Notes: generated by a model from the letters alone, not told the origin. Shown: positions 8,597-17,146, counted from the stretch's first letter. The stretch is 55,190 nt of DNA from Dehalococcoidia bacterium (GCA_963555985.3 CAUVXV020000009.1:1-55190), one strand, 5' to 3'. Made by a program: numbers and translations.

Positions 8597-8849
8597 CTCT
8601 CCCCTCGCACTGCGGAGAGATGCTGCGCAGGAGACCCTTGCAGAACTCCCATTTCCGTCATTCCCGCGTAGGCGGGAATCCATACAGCGCATCGAGTGGG
8701 ATATAGATTCCCATTTTCGCGGGAGTGACGAAACGCGCAGATCGGCGAGTTGTGCAAAAGCCTGCCTCTGCGTACGCAGTAGGTCTATGCAGTAAGTTCC
8801 CTTCTCCCCTCTTGCGGGGGGAGATGCCGAAGGCAGAGGAGGGGTGCCC
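8597..8849. repeat. Cluster of REP-like palindromes
   Basis: CCGTCATTCCCGCGTAGGCGGGAATCC (8655-8681), an inverted degenerate partner near 8705-8730, and CTCCCCTCTTGCGGGGGAG...GCAGAGG near 8804-8845. Confidence 0.8.
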
Positions 8850-9950
8850 GTGACCACCCTCACCCCCGCCGAAGCCCGCAAACTCCGCTTCGCCGCCCAA
8901 GGCCTCAGCGGAACCCCCGCCGCGAACGCCCTGGACGCAACCCGAGCCAGCGCCGCAATCCAATCCCAAGATCGCCTCGGAGAACTCCTCGCCGTCCGAG
9001 TCCGCTCTGACGAACTCACCACCGAAGACCTCCGCCAAGCCCGCCTCCACGACCGTACCCTCGTCCGAACCTGGCTTCACCGCGGCACCCTCCACACCGT
9101 CCCCGGTACCGACCTCCGCTGGCTGCTCGAGTTGCTCGGCGCGGAAATGGACGCCAAAGCCCTCAAGCGCCGCGCCGACCTCGGTATCATCCCCGACGAC
9201 CACGCCTGCTCCATGCAGGCCATGCGCCGCCTCCTCGGCGAACGCGGACCACTCACCCGCCACCAGATCATCGACCACTTCCGCGAACAAGACCTGCCCC
9301 ACGAAGGCCAGGCCGTCCCTCACCTGCTCCGCTCCGCCTCCCTCAACGGACACATCTGCTTCGGCCCCGAAATCGGCGGCGAAGCCGCCCACGTCCTGAT
9401 CGACGACTGGCTCACCGAACCGGACAACCAGCCCGCTAATCCCGCCGCGAGACTCGCCGAAATCTTCTACCGCGCCTACGCACCCGCCACCCCCGCCGAT
9501 TTCCGCTGGTGGAGCGGACTCCCCGCCGTTGCCGCTCGCGCTGCCCACCAAGCCGTCGCCGACCAACTCACTGAAGTAGACGTCGACGGACGCCCCATGT
9601 GGATCCCCGCATCAACCGCTAACCAACTCGCCGACACCCTGACCCAACCCGAATCCGTTCGTCTGCTTGGTCCCTTCGACCCCTACATCCTCGGCTACGC
9701 CAAACGCGACCTCGGCGTTCCCGAAACCCAGCTCAAGCAAGTCAACGCCGGCGGCGGCATGATCCGCCCCACCATCATCGCCGACGGAACCCTGATCGGA
9801 ACCTGGCAATACCGCTCCACCAAAACCCGCGTCAACATCACCCTCCGACCCTTCGCCGACCTCAACGACCACGCCCAAACAGCAATCGAGCAAGAAATCG
9901 ACGACATCGCCCGCTATCTCAACCTGAACGCCCGCTGGTCAACCGCCTAG
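8850..9950 (+). CDS. AlkZ-like winged-helix DNA glycosylase (HTH_42 family)
   Basis: QSQ motif, RTWLHRGTLH, PATPADFRWWSGL, LLGPFDPYILGY and GTW motifs. Confidence 0.88.
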   Translation: MTTLTPAEARKLRFAAQGLSGTPAANALDATRASAAIQSQDRLGELLAVRVRSDELTTEDLRQARLHDRTLVRTWLHRGTLHTVPGTDLRWLLELLGAEMDAKALKRRADLGIIPDDHACSMQAMRRLLGERGPLTRHQIIDHFREQDLPHEGQAVPHLLRSASLNGHICFGPEIGGEAAHVLIDDWLTEPDNQPANPAARLAEIFYRAYAPATPADFRWWSGLPAVAARAAHQAVADQLTEVDVDGRPMWIPASTANQLADTLTQPESVRLLGPFDPYILGYAKRDLGVPETQLKQVNAGGGMIRPTIIADGTLIGTWQYRSTKTRVNITLRPFADLNDHAQTAIEQEIDDIARYLNLNARWSTA

Positions 9951-10597
9951 CTCTCCCGCGACGGCCACACCCGCGATAAATCGATCGCCAAATCGCCCGA
10001 TATCTCCTCCGCAACCAGCGAGAGCGGACGCTCAATCCGTTCCGCCGCCCGCCCCGGCCGGTACACCCACACCGCCTCCTCCCGAGGATCCACCAACCAA
10101 CCCAACCGCGCCCCCTGCGACACCCACATCTCCATCTTCGCCTGCAACACGTCCAGATCGTCAGTCGCCGACCGCACCTCAATGACGAAGTCCGGACAGA
10201 CCCGCCAGATGATGCGCTCGTCGCCCGCGATCGCCGCCAGCCGCTCGTCGCTAATCCAGGCGGCGTCCGGTGCCCGCCGCCAGCCGTTCGGTAACTGGAA
10301 CATTGAGGAGCCAAAGGCGCGCCCTCGATCGCTCGAGTGTCGCCATTGGCGAATCTGCGAACCGATCTCAAGCTCCCGCTCACCGCTCTCCGGACCAGGT
10401 GGCGCCATGATCAGCAGCCCTCCCTCGCAATCGGCCTCCAGATACCACTCCTCGTTCAGCGACCCCAACTCCAACAACCGCTCGTCCGTCAGCTCCCACT
10501 CCGGCGGCAGCTGCAACCGCAGCGGATACCCCGGCACCTCGGCCGCCGACGCCGCTTCCGCCCCAGGCGCATCCGGCGTCTGAGTCTCAGTCACCAC
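9947..10597 (-). CDS. Uma2 family endonuclease #6
   Basis: RRAPDAAWI, CPDFVIEVRS and GARLGWLVDP motifs; stop overlaps the AlkZ-like stop in CTAG. Confidence 0.92.
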   Translation of the reverse strand: MVTETQTPDAPGAEAASAAEVPGYPLRLQLPPEWELTDERLLELGSLNEEWYLEADCEGGLLIMAPPGPESGERELEIGSQIRQWRHSSDRGRAFGSSMFQLPNGWRRAPDAAWISDERLAAIAGDERIIWRVCPDFVIEVRSATDDLDVLQAKMEMWVSQGARLGWLVDPREEAVWVYRPGRAAERIERPLSLVAEEISGDLAIDLSRVWPSRES

Positions 10598-10621
10598 GTC
10601 GATCCCCCAATCGCGCGAACA

Positions 10622-11785
10622 TTACACCGGCGACAACGCCCGCAACCGCCCCACGATCTCAGGTACCGCCCCAGCCAACCGCTCCACCTGCTCCAACGTA
10701 TTGCTCTGACCCAGACTCAACCGCACCGCCGAGTGCGCCGTATCGGGATCCACCCCGATCGCCGTCAACACATGACTCGGCTCCGTGCTCCCCGTCGAAC
10801 AAGCGCTCCCGCTCGACGCCGCAAACCCCTCCATATCCAGCTGCAACAAAATCGACTCACCCTCCACCCCCGCAAAACACACATGCAAATTATTCGGCAG
10901 CCGCCGCTCCCAATCCGCCGGACCATTCAGCCGCAGCGGACTCACCCGCTCCCGCAACTCCCGCCACAACGCATCCCGCAACTCCCGCACATGCGCCGTC
11001 CGCTCCGACCGCTCGGCTTCCGCCAACCGCAGCGCCGTCGCCAGACCCACCGCCTGCGCCACCGACTCCGTACCCGCGCGCCGCTCCTCCTCCTGACCCC
11101 CGCCCAGCAAGATCGGCTCCAACGCCGTCCGCCGCCGCACATACAGCGCCCCAGACCCCTTCGGCCCGTAAATCTTGTGCGCCGTCAGCGACATCAGGTC
11201 CACCCCCAACACGTCCGGACGGATATCCACCGCACCCGCCGCCTGCACCGCGTCCGTATGCACCAGCGTCCGCCGATTCCGGGCCTTCACCGCCGCTGCA
11301 ATCTCCGCAATCGGCTGCACCGTCCCAATCTCGTTGTTCGCCGTCATCACCGACACCAAAATCGTGTCCTCACGCACCGCCGCCGCCGCCTCATCGGGAT
11401 CCACGAACCCCTCCCCGTCCACTGGCAGCACCGTCAACTCAAACCCCTCCCGCTCCAACGCCTCCAACGGATGCAGCACCGCATGATGCTCAATCGCCGA
11501 CGTGATCAAATGCCGCCCCGCAAACCCACGCGCCAGCGCAACCCCCCGAATCGCCGCATTATCCGACTCCGTCCCCCCGCTCGTCAGCACTACCTCACTC
11601 GGAGAACACCCCAACACCCCCGCAATCTCATCCCGAGCCCCGTCCAATATCCCCCGAGCAAACTGAGCCTCCCGATAAATCCCCGAAGGATTCCCCCAAC
11701 CCCGCTCCAAAACCGGCACCATCGCCTCCAACACCCGCCCGTCAAGCGGAGTCGTCGCCGCATGGTCAAAATAAGCCCGCTCCAT
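10622..11785 (-). CDS. iscS: Cysteine desulfurase (IscS/NifS type)
   Basis: YFDHAATTP, SGGTESDN, HTDAVQ, AHKIYGPKG and SSGSACS motifs. Confidence 0.93.
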   Translation of the reverse strand: MERAYFDHAATTPLDGRVLEAMVPVLERGWGNPSGIYREAQFARGILDGARDEIAGVLGCSPSEVVLTSGGTESDNAAIRGVALARGFAGRHLITSAIEHHAVLHPLEALEREGFELTVLPVDGEGFVDPDEAAAAVREDTILVSVMTANNEIGTVQPIAEIAAAVKARNRRTLVHTDAVQAAGAVDIRPDVLGVDLMSLTAHKIYGPKGSGALYVRRRTALEPILLGGGQEEERRAGTESVAQAVGLATALRLAEAERSERTAHVRELRDALWRELRERVSPLRLNGPADWERRLPNNLHVCFAGVEGESILLQLDMEGFAASSGSACSTGSTEPSHVLTAIGVDPDTAHSAVRLSLGQSNTLEQVERLAGAVPEIVGRLRALSPV

Positions 11786-11824
11786 ACCCACAGCCTAACG
11801 CCTCCGCCATCCCCCCGCCCCCTT

Positions 11825-12020
11825 CCGTCATTCCCGCGCACGCGGGAATCCATTCCCCTCTCCCCCCGCAGTGCGGGGGAGAAGTCGCGCAGCGACAGAG
11901 GGGGGTCCGCCCAGCCCCGCCAAAGAAATTCCGCCATGCCCGCTCCCCTCTCCCCCCTCTGCGGGGGGAGATGTCACGTAGAGCCTGCCCCCGCGCACGC
12001 GGGGGACAGGGGGGACTCCC
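11825..12020. repeat. Composite cluster of REP-like palindromes
   Basis: CCGTCATTCCCGCGCACGCGGGAATCC followed by two CTCCCCCC..TGCGGGGG-AG hairpins with GACAG(A/G)GGGGG tails. Confidence 0.85.
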
Positions 12021-12021
12021 C

Positions 12022-12055
12022 CTTGCCAAACCACCCCAACCCACGCGAACATATG
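12022..12055 (+). promoter_or_regulatory. Conserved element upstream of methyltransferase 2
   Basis: Homologous to 5045-5077. Confidence 0.6.
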
Positions 12056-12059
12056 AAGC

Positions 12060-13349
12060 ATGACCACCCCCAACTTCACCAACCGAACCCTCTTCCACGG
12101 CGACAACCTCCCCTTCCTCAAAGGCCTCAACTCCAACACCATCCACCTCATAGCCACCGACCCGCCCTTCAACAAAGGCCGCGACTTCCACGCCACCCCC
12201 GACAGTCTCGCCGCCGGCGCCAAGTTCGAAGACCGCTGGAGCTGGGACAAAGACGTTCACCAAGACTGGGTCGACGCCATCCAGGACGACTGGCCCGCCG
12301 TCTGGCAGGTGATCGAAGCCGCCCGCGCCGCCGCCGGCGAGGACATGGCCGCCTATCTCTGCTGGTTGGGCGTGCGCCTGCTGGAGATGCATCGGGTGCT
12401 GCGGGAGGACGGCAGCATCTATCTGCACATCGACCACACCGCATCGGCCTACGTGAAGGCGCTGATGGACGCCATCTTCGAGCGCAAGAATTTCCGCAAT
12501 GAGATCGCATGGTGCTACACCGGCCCGCAACGAGCGTTGCGGCATTTCCCGCGTAAGCACGACACAATCCTCTTCTACTCCTACCCGGACGCGACGTTCA
12601 ATAGAGACGCCGTTCGCGTGCCGTCGAAGTGGAATGAGCTAGGCGGCTTCAGTGATCCGGAGGTTGAACGAAAGAATCGGGGCAAGGTGCCCGAAGATTG
12701 GTGGCATATGACCTTTGGTCCAAATACACGCGAGCGTGTCGGTTATCCGACACAGAAACCGCTTGCTCTCTATGAGCGGATCATCAAAGCCTCATCGAAC
12801 GAGGGCGACATGGTCCTCGACCCATTCTGCGGTTGCGCGACGACCCCAGTTGCAGCCGAGCGGCTCGGCAGGCAGTGGATCGGTATGGACATCTGGGAGC
12901 AGGCGCACCGGACAGTTATTGACCGCTTGCAGAAGGAAAACCTTGCCGCCCTGGACGGCGACAGCGGAGGCCAGCTCATCACCTTCGGACAGATCGGCTA
13001 CAGCACTGTCGCCCCCGTTCGCACCGACGACAAAGCTGTAGCCGCGCCGCCGCTCAAGCTCAAAGTGCAGATCGCCGAACCGCCCGGCCCCAAGATGACC
13101 CGTGCTGAAATGGTGGACTTCCTGATCCTCCAACACGGGATGATCTGCCGAGGCTGCGATCGCCAGTTCGACGATCCGCTCTACCTCGAACTTGACCATA
13201 ACACGCCCCGCTCAGACGGCGGCCTGAACCACATCAGCAACCGCCTCCTCCTCTGCGGCCCCTGCAACCGCATCAAGAGCAACACCCTCACCCTCAGCGG
13301 CCTCCGCAAAGAAAACGCCAAACGCGGCCGCATGGCCGACGAGATCTAA
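12060..13349 (+). CDS. DNA methyltransferase (beta order) fused to a C-terminal HNH endonuclease
   Basis: TDPPFN, YPTQKP and DPFCGCATT motifs; CRGC...ELDHNTP...NHISN...CGPCNRIK HNH zinc finger. Confidence 0.92.
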   Translation: MTTPNFTNRTLFHGDNLPFLKGLNSNTIHLIATDPPFNKGRDFHATPDSLAAGAKFEDRWSWDKDVHQDWVDAIQDDWPAVWQVIEAARAAAGEDMAAYLCWLGVRLLEMHRVLREDGSIYLHIDHTASAYVKALMDAIFERKNFRNEIAWCYTGPQRALRHFPRKHDTILFYSYPDATFNRDAVRVPSKWNELGGFSDPEVERKNRGKVPEDWWHMTFGPNTRERVGYPTQKPLALYERIIKASSNEGDMVLDPFCGCATTPVAAERLGRQWIGMDIWEQAHRTVIDRLQKENLAALDGDSGGQLITFGQIGYSTVAPVRTDDKAVAAPPLKLKVQIAEPPGPKMTRAEMVDFLILQHGMICRGCDRQFDDPLYLELDHNTPRSDGGLNHISNRLLLCGPCNRIKSNTLTLSGLRKENAKRGRMADEI

Positions 13350-13352
13350 GAT

Positions 13353-14192
13353 TCATGTTGACTCAATCGCGTATTGAAATGTGAGCCTATGCCGATCGCC
13401 GCCACTCCTATCGTTGTCTATGGAGATGACCTCGATACGCGCATGACGCCCGTGAATGTTGCGAAGCACCGCAAATCTCCCAATGCCTACTGTACGCACT
13501 CGAGACGTATAGTTGAGTGATGCATCATCAAATTCGTCGGTAATGTCACCAGCAGTGTCGTCCAATGCGACGCCGTTAATCGATGGCGGATCATTATACA
13601 AGTAGATTTCTGTATCACCACATTGGGTCCAAGCAGTCTCGAACTCCATCGTGCCGTAGCCGATTGTGAATCGCCCGTTGTGGTCGCTGTAGTAGAAGGA
13701 AACCTCCTCAGCCAGCGATGTTACGCGGGGCGCTGGAACATCAGATGCCTTTCCACTGAGCGGCGTCACTCCCAATTTGCTCATGATCACGGCCGCTAGT
13801 TCATCCGGCCCGTACTGGTTTGCGTCGAACCATGCAAGTGAGTCCGGTAAGCCCGGTACTTCAGTGTCATCAAATCGTACAGGTATCACAAGCGCTTGAT
13901 CGTCGTTGACCATCCTGCTGAGAATCGACTTGCGCTCGTATGTCGGCCACGCCTTCTTCACGTAGTTGGCTGAGATAAACATCACAGCGATCGCGTTGCT
14001 TCGCTCGAACACGCGATTGAATTCTACTGTCAGATCGCGTCCTATGAGATACTCTTGCTCGGATCTGTCGTAGAACACAGCGATGCGTTGTGCATGCAAT
14101 CGGCGTGCAACATGTTCCACATAATCGCGTTCTTCCCCTGCGAAGGAAAGTGCAACCTCGAATCGCTTTTCTGAATCGCTTCCGCTGCTCAT
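13353..14192 (-). CDS. TIR domain protein with an uncharacterised C-terminal domain
   Basis: FEVALSFAGEER, VFYD, FISANYVKKAWPTYER and IPVRFDD TIR motifs; visibly lower GC than its neighbours. Confidence 0.88.
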   Translation of the reverse strand: MSSGSDSEKRFEVALSFAGEERDYVEHVARRLHAQRIAVFYDRSEQEYLIGRDLTVEFNRVFERSNAIAVMFISANYVKKAWPTYERKSILSRMVNDDQALVIPVRFDDTEVPGLPDSLAWFDANQYGPDELAAVIMSKLGVTPLSGKASDVPAPRVTSLAEEVSFYYSDHNGRFTIGYGTMEFETAWTQCGDTEIYLYNDPPSINGVALDDTAGDITDEFDDASLNYTSRVRTVGIGRFAVLRNIHGRHARIEVISIDNDRSGGDRHRLTFQYAIEST

Positions 14193-14247
14193 GCTTTTCC
14201 AATCTTTCCGGCTTGCCTAAGCCCTAAGACGATTCCAACTGTGCATT

Positions 14248-14607
14248 CTACGCCAGATCGTCCAACTTCCCCACCAGCCGCTCGACGTGCCCCAGGTAAA
14301 GCTCGACATCCTCTGCTGGTAGCCGCGCCTCGTAGAAGTTCATGTGCAGGCTCTCCGCGAGACCGAATTGTTCGCTCAATTCGTCATCGCCGGTTTCCTC
14401 GACAAGCTGCCGCAGGATGCGCCGCAAGAGGTAGTGCCCATTGTGGTCCAGCCCCCGCGACTCCGCCACCGCCTTCACCGCCAGCGCCGCCGCCCCCCAA
14501 CCCTTCTCCGACGCTTGCGTCAAATCCTCCTCCGCCAGATGCACCCACGCCTTGCGCAGATACCCCGCGCTCAACTCGCTGTAGTGGCTGGTCCGCGCAG
14601 TCGTCAT
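14248..14607 (-). CDS. PaREP1 family (HEPN-like) protein
   Basis: DLTQASEKGWGAAALAVKA and AESLHMNFYE signatures. Confidence 0.85.
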   Translation of the reverse strand: MTTARTSHYSELSAGYLRKAWVHLAEEDLTQASEKGWGAAALAVKAVAESRGLDHNGHYLLRRILRQLVEETGDDELSEQFGLAESLHMNFYEARLPAEDVELYLGHVERLVGKLDDLA

Positions 14608-14649
14608 GCCGCACAGCCTACCAGTCCGTCGTCGCAGACATACCGGCCG

Positions 14650-14919
14650 CTACCCGAACGCCAGAATGATCGCCGTCCACAACGCAATCGCCGCCAACAG
14701 AATCCAGAGCGCGCACTTCATCCGTTTCGCTAACCGCTCATACATCTCCTCCATCTGGCGCTCCAGTACTTCCGTCGCCAACGCGAACCGCTCAAACGGG
14801 TCATTCTGCAACTGTCGCTCGCGCGCGAGCCGCTCCACCTCAGCCTGGAAATCCGCGACCTGCTGCTCAACGTCGACCGTCGGCCACACCGCCTCTCGCA
14901 ACGCCGCGAAGATCGCCAT
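14650..14919 (-). CDS. Small coiled-coil protein with a C-terminal TM helix
   Basis: E/R/Q-rich helix followed by hydrophobic ALWILLAAIALWTAIILAFG. Confidence 0.6.
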   Translation of the reverse strand: MAIFAALREAVWPTVDVEQQVADFQAEVERLARERQLQNDPFERFALATEVLERQMEEMYERLAKRMKCALWILLAAIALWTAIILAFG

Positions 14920-15080
14920 CGCAACCCTCTTAACCCACCCCTAGCATACCCGCGCCGCCAACCGCCCCAAACCTGCTAAGCTAGAACAAACGCACGCCCA
15001 CCCGGAAACCGCCCAATGCAGACCCGCTCGCCAAGCCCAGAAATGACCCGCACGCCCCCGTCCACGCCCGCACACCGTCG

Positions 15081-15220
15081 CCCAAATCCGAACGCAATCG
15101 AACGAATTCGTCCAAAATCGTCCAAAATCGAACAGCGAAACCTGAACAAGCCTGAACATTTTCAGCCCCCATCCCCCGTTTTTCCCGGGACCGCCCCAAA
15201 GAAAAAAACTGCCCGAACAC
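15081..15220. repeat. Non-coding element with 10-bp-phased repeats
   Basis: cccaaatccg|aacgcaatcg|aacgaattcg|tccaaaatcg|tccaaaatcg, then cctgaacaag|cctgaacatt, then TTCCCGGG..CCAAAGAAAAAAAC. Confidence 0.7.
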
Positions 15221-15427
15221 CCCAACCACACACCTCAAATCTCACAAAACCCCGTAAAACACAGGCAATTCGCAAAACCGTCCCGCGCACGCCCCCTCAA
15301 AATCGCTGAACAGGACTAACCACGCGCTAACCATCCCTAACCGCCCGTCCCTCTGACGCCCCCGTTGCAAACCCGCTCCCGCCCGCCTGCTACAATGTTC
15401 CCGACTAGCCGCCGAAAGGACGCCGCC

Positions 15428-15811
15428 ATGACCTTCCAACTCACCGAAATGCTCGATGTCTCCGACCTCGCCGCCGAGAAGGCCAAGACCCTCCTCGTCG
15501 ACAAAGGCTTCGCCGAGGGCGCACTCCGCGTCTTCGTGGTCGGCGGCGGCTGCTCCGGCTACCAGTACGGCATGGCCCTCGCCCTCGACGCCGAGGCCGG
15601 CGACGCCGTGATCGAGAAGAACGGCGTCCGCTTCCTCGTCGACGAAGAGTCCGCGCCCCTCATCGCCGGCTCCCGCGTCGACTACATCGACGACGTCATG
15701 AAGCAGGGCTTCAGCATCTCCAACCCCAACGCCTCCCACTCCTGCGCCTGCGGCTCCAGCTTCGACACCGCCAACCACTCCGGCGCCGCCCAGGCCCGCT
15801 CCTGCATCTAG
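15428..15811 (+). CDS. Fe-S cluster assembly accessory protein (HesB/IscA/ErpA family)
   Basis: GGGCSGYQY and NPNASHSCACGSSF motifs. Confidence 0.93.
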   Translation: MTFQLTEMLDVSDLAAEKAKTLLVDKGFAEGALRVFVVGGGCSGYQYGMALALDAEAGDAVIEKNGVRFLVDEESAPLIAGSRVDYIDDVMKQGFSISNPNASHSCACGSSFDTANHSGAAQARSCI

Positions 15812-15824
15812 CCGCTGGAACAAC

Positions 15825-16694
15825 ATGACCCGCATCAGCGCCCTGCTTGAGGCGGGTCCCACCCTCTCCTTCGAATTCTCCGCCCCCCGCGACCCCGACG
15901 CGGCCGCCCGCCTGCGCCGAACCCTCCAACGCCTCGCCCGCCACCAACCCCAATTCATGTCCGTCACCTACGGCGCCGGCGGCGCCACCCGCGGCCCCAC
16001 CCGCGAGTGGGTCAACCACATCCGCAACGACCTCCGCGTCGAAGCCATGCCCCATCTCACCTGCGTCACTCACACCCGCAGCGAGATCGACCAAATCATC
16101 GACCAGTACCGAGCCGACGGCATCGACAACATCCTCGCCCTCCGCGGCGACCTCCCCCAACACGCCCTCGAAGCCGGCGAGCAACCCACCCAAGCCTTCG
16201 CCACCGCCGCCCAACTCGCCCAATTCATCCGCCAACGCGCCCACTTCGACATCGCCGTCGCCGCCCACCCCGAAGGCCACCCCTTGGCCCCCTCCCGCCA
16301 AGCCGACCGCGAGCACCAGGCCGCCAAGCTCAGCCAGGCCGACTTCGCCATCACCCAATTCTTCTACCGCCCCGAACACTACGAACGCTTCCTCGAAGAA
16401 CTGCAACAGCGAGGCGTCGCCACCCCGGTCATCCCCGGCCTCATGCCCCCCACCAACGTGGCCAGCATCGAGCGCATGTCCAAACTCAACAACACCGAGT
16501 TCCCAACCGAACTCCGAGCCTGCCTCGAACGCGCCCAAACCCCCGCCGAGCGCCGCCAGATCGGCGTCGAAACCGCCTCCCAACTCGGCCAAGCCCTGCT
16601 CCGAGCCGGCGCCCCCGGCCTCCACATCTACACCATGAACTTCGCCCGCGCCGCCGCCCAAGTCGCCGCCAACCTGGGCTGGCCCGCGTCCTGA
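15825..16694 (+). CDS. metF: Methylenetetrahydrofolate reductase
   Basis: SFEF, SVTYGAGG, PHLTC, LALRGD, AITQFF and LHIYTMN motifs. Confidence 0.93.
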   Translation: MTRISALLEAGPTLSFEFSAPRDPDAAARLRRTLQRLARHQPQFMSVTYGAGGATRGPTREWVNHIRNDLRVEAMPHLTCVTHTRSEIDQIIDQYRADGIDNILALRGDLPQHALEAGEQPTQAFATAAQLAQFIRQRAHFDIAVAAHPEGHPLAPSRQADREHQAAKLSQADFAITQFFYRPEHYERFLEELQQRGVATPVIPGLMPPTNVASIERMSKLNNTEFPTELRACLERAQTPAERRQIGVETASQLGQALLRAGAPGLHIYTMNFARAAAQVAANLGWPAS

Positions 16695-16705
16695 ACGAGC
16701 TCAGT

Positions 16706-17146
16706 TCAGACCCCGACCTCTCGCCGCAGACCGACCAGAATCTCCAAATCGCGCTGATGCGCCTCCCGCGCGATCAACTCCACGCTCAGCTCGCCCCGAA
16801 ACCGGTGCGAGGCCTGCCGCTCCCATTCCCACTCCGAGATCATCCCCAGTACCCCGCAAACCTGCTCGCGCAGATGCCCGAACTCCCGCAGCTGCTCATA
16901 CACGTCCGGCGTCCCGCTCTGCTCTAGCCACTCAAAGTCGTGCAGCGGCAGCGCCTCAGTCTCCTGGAACAGCAGGTGCGCCAGCTGCCAGGCCGCGATC
17001 GTCTCCCCTCGCCAGGCCCGCTCCACTCCCTCCACAGCCGTCGCCGAACCCGACCGCAACCCCGACATCAACAGCTCACGCAACTCCCCCGACGCCTCAT
17101 ACAGCGCCTTCACCACCCAACGACGGCCGCTGCGCCCATCTCCCAT
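16706..17146 (-). CDS. DinB-like four-helix protein (divergent)
   Basis: FGHLREQVCGVL...WER...H.FRGELSVELIAREAHQRD pattern. Confidence 0.5.
   Translation of the reverse strand: MGDGRSGRRWVVKALYEASGELRELLMSGLRSGSATAVEGVERAWRGETIAAWQLAHLLFQETEALPLHDFEWLEQSGTPDVYEQLREFGHLREQVCGVLGMISEWEWERQASHRFRGELSVELIAREAHQRDLEILVGLRREVGV

Noticed and set aside
9947-9950. CTAG overlap of convergent stops as a specific Uma2 target site
   Set aside because: It occurs at two Uma2 genes, but such overlaps arise readily in compact genomes and no flanking duplication was found for #6.
13340-14240. Target-site duplication around the TIR gene (CTAAGA on both sides)
   Set aside because: Only about 6 bp match, consistent with chance.
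1-15000. Integron, prophage or IS explanation for the island
   Set aside because: No integrase, transposase, phage gene or attC-like site was recognised in the window; a recombinase acting in trans is not excluded.
15081-15160. Possible CRISPR array in the short repeats
   Set aside because: Units are 10 bp, adjacent and degenerate, with no spacers and no cas genes.
15016-15309. Small ORFs over the phased elements (also 36888-37097)
   Set aside because: The 10-bp period is not codon-compatible and the reading frame is not conserved among copies.
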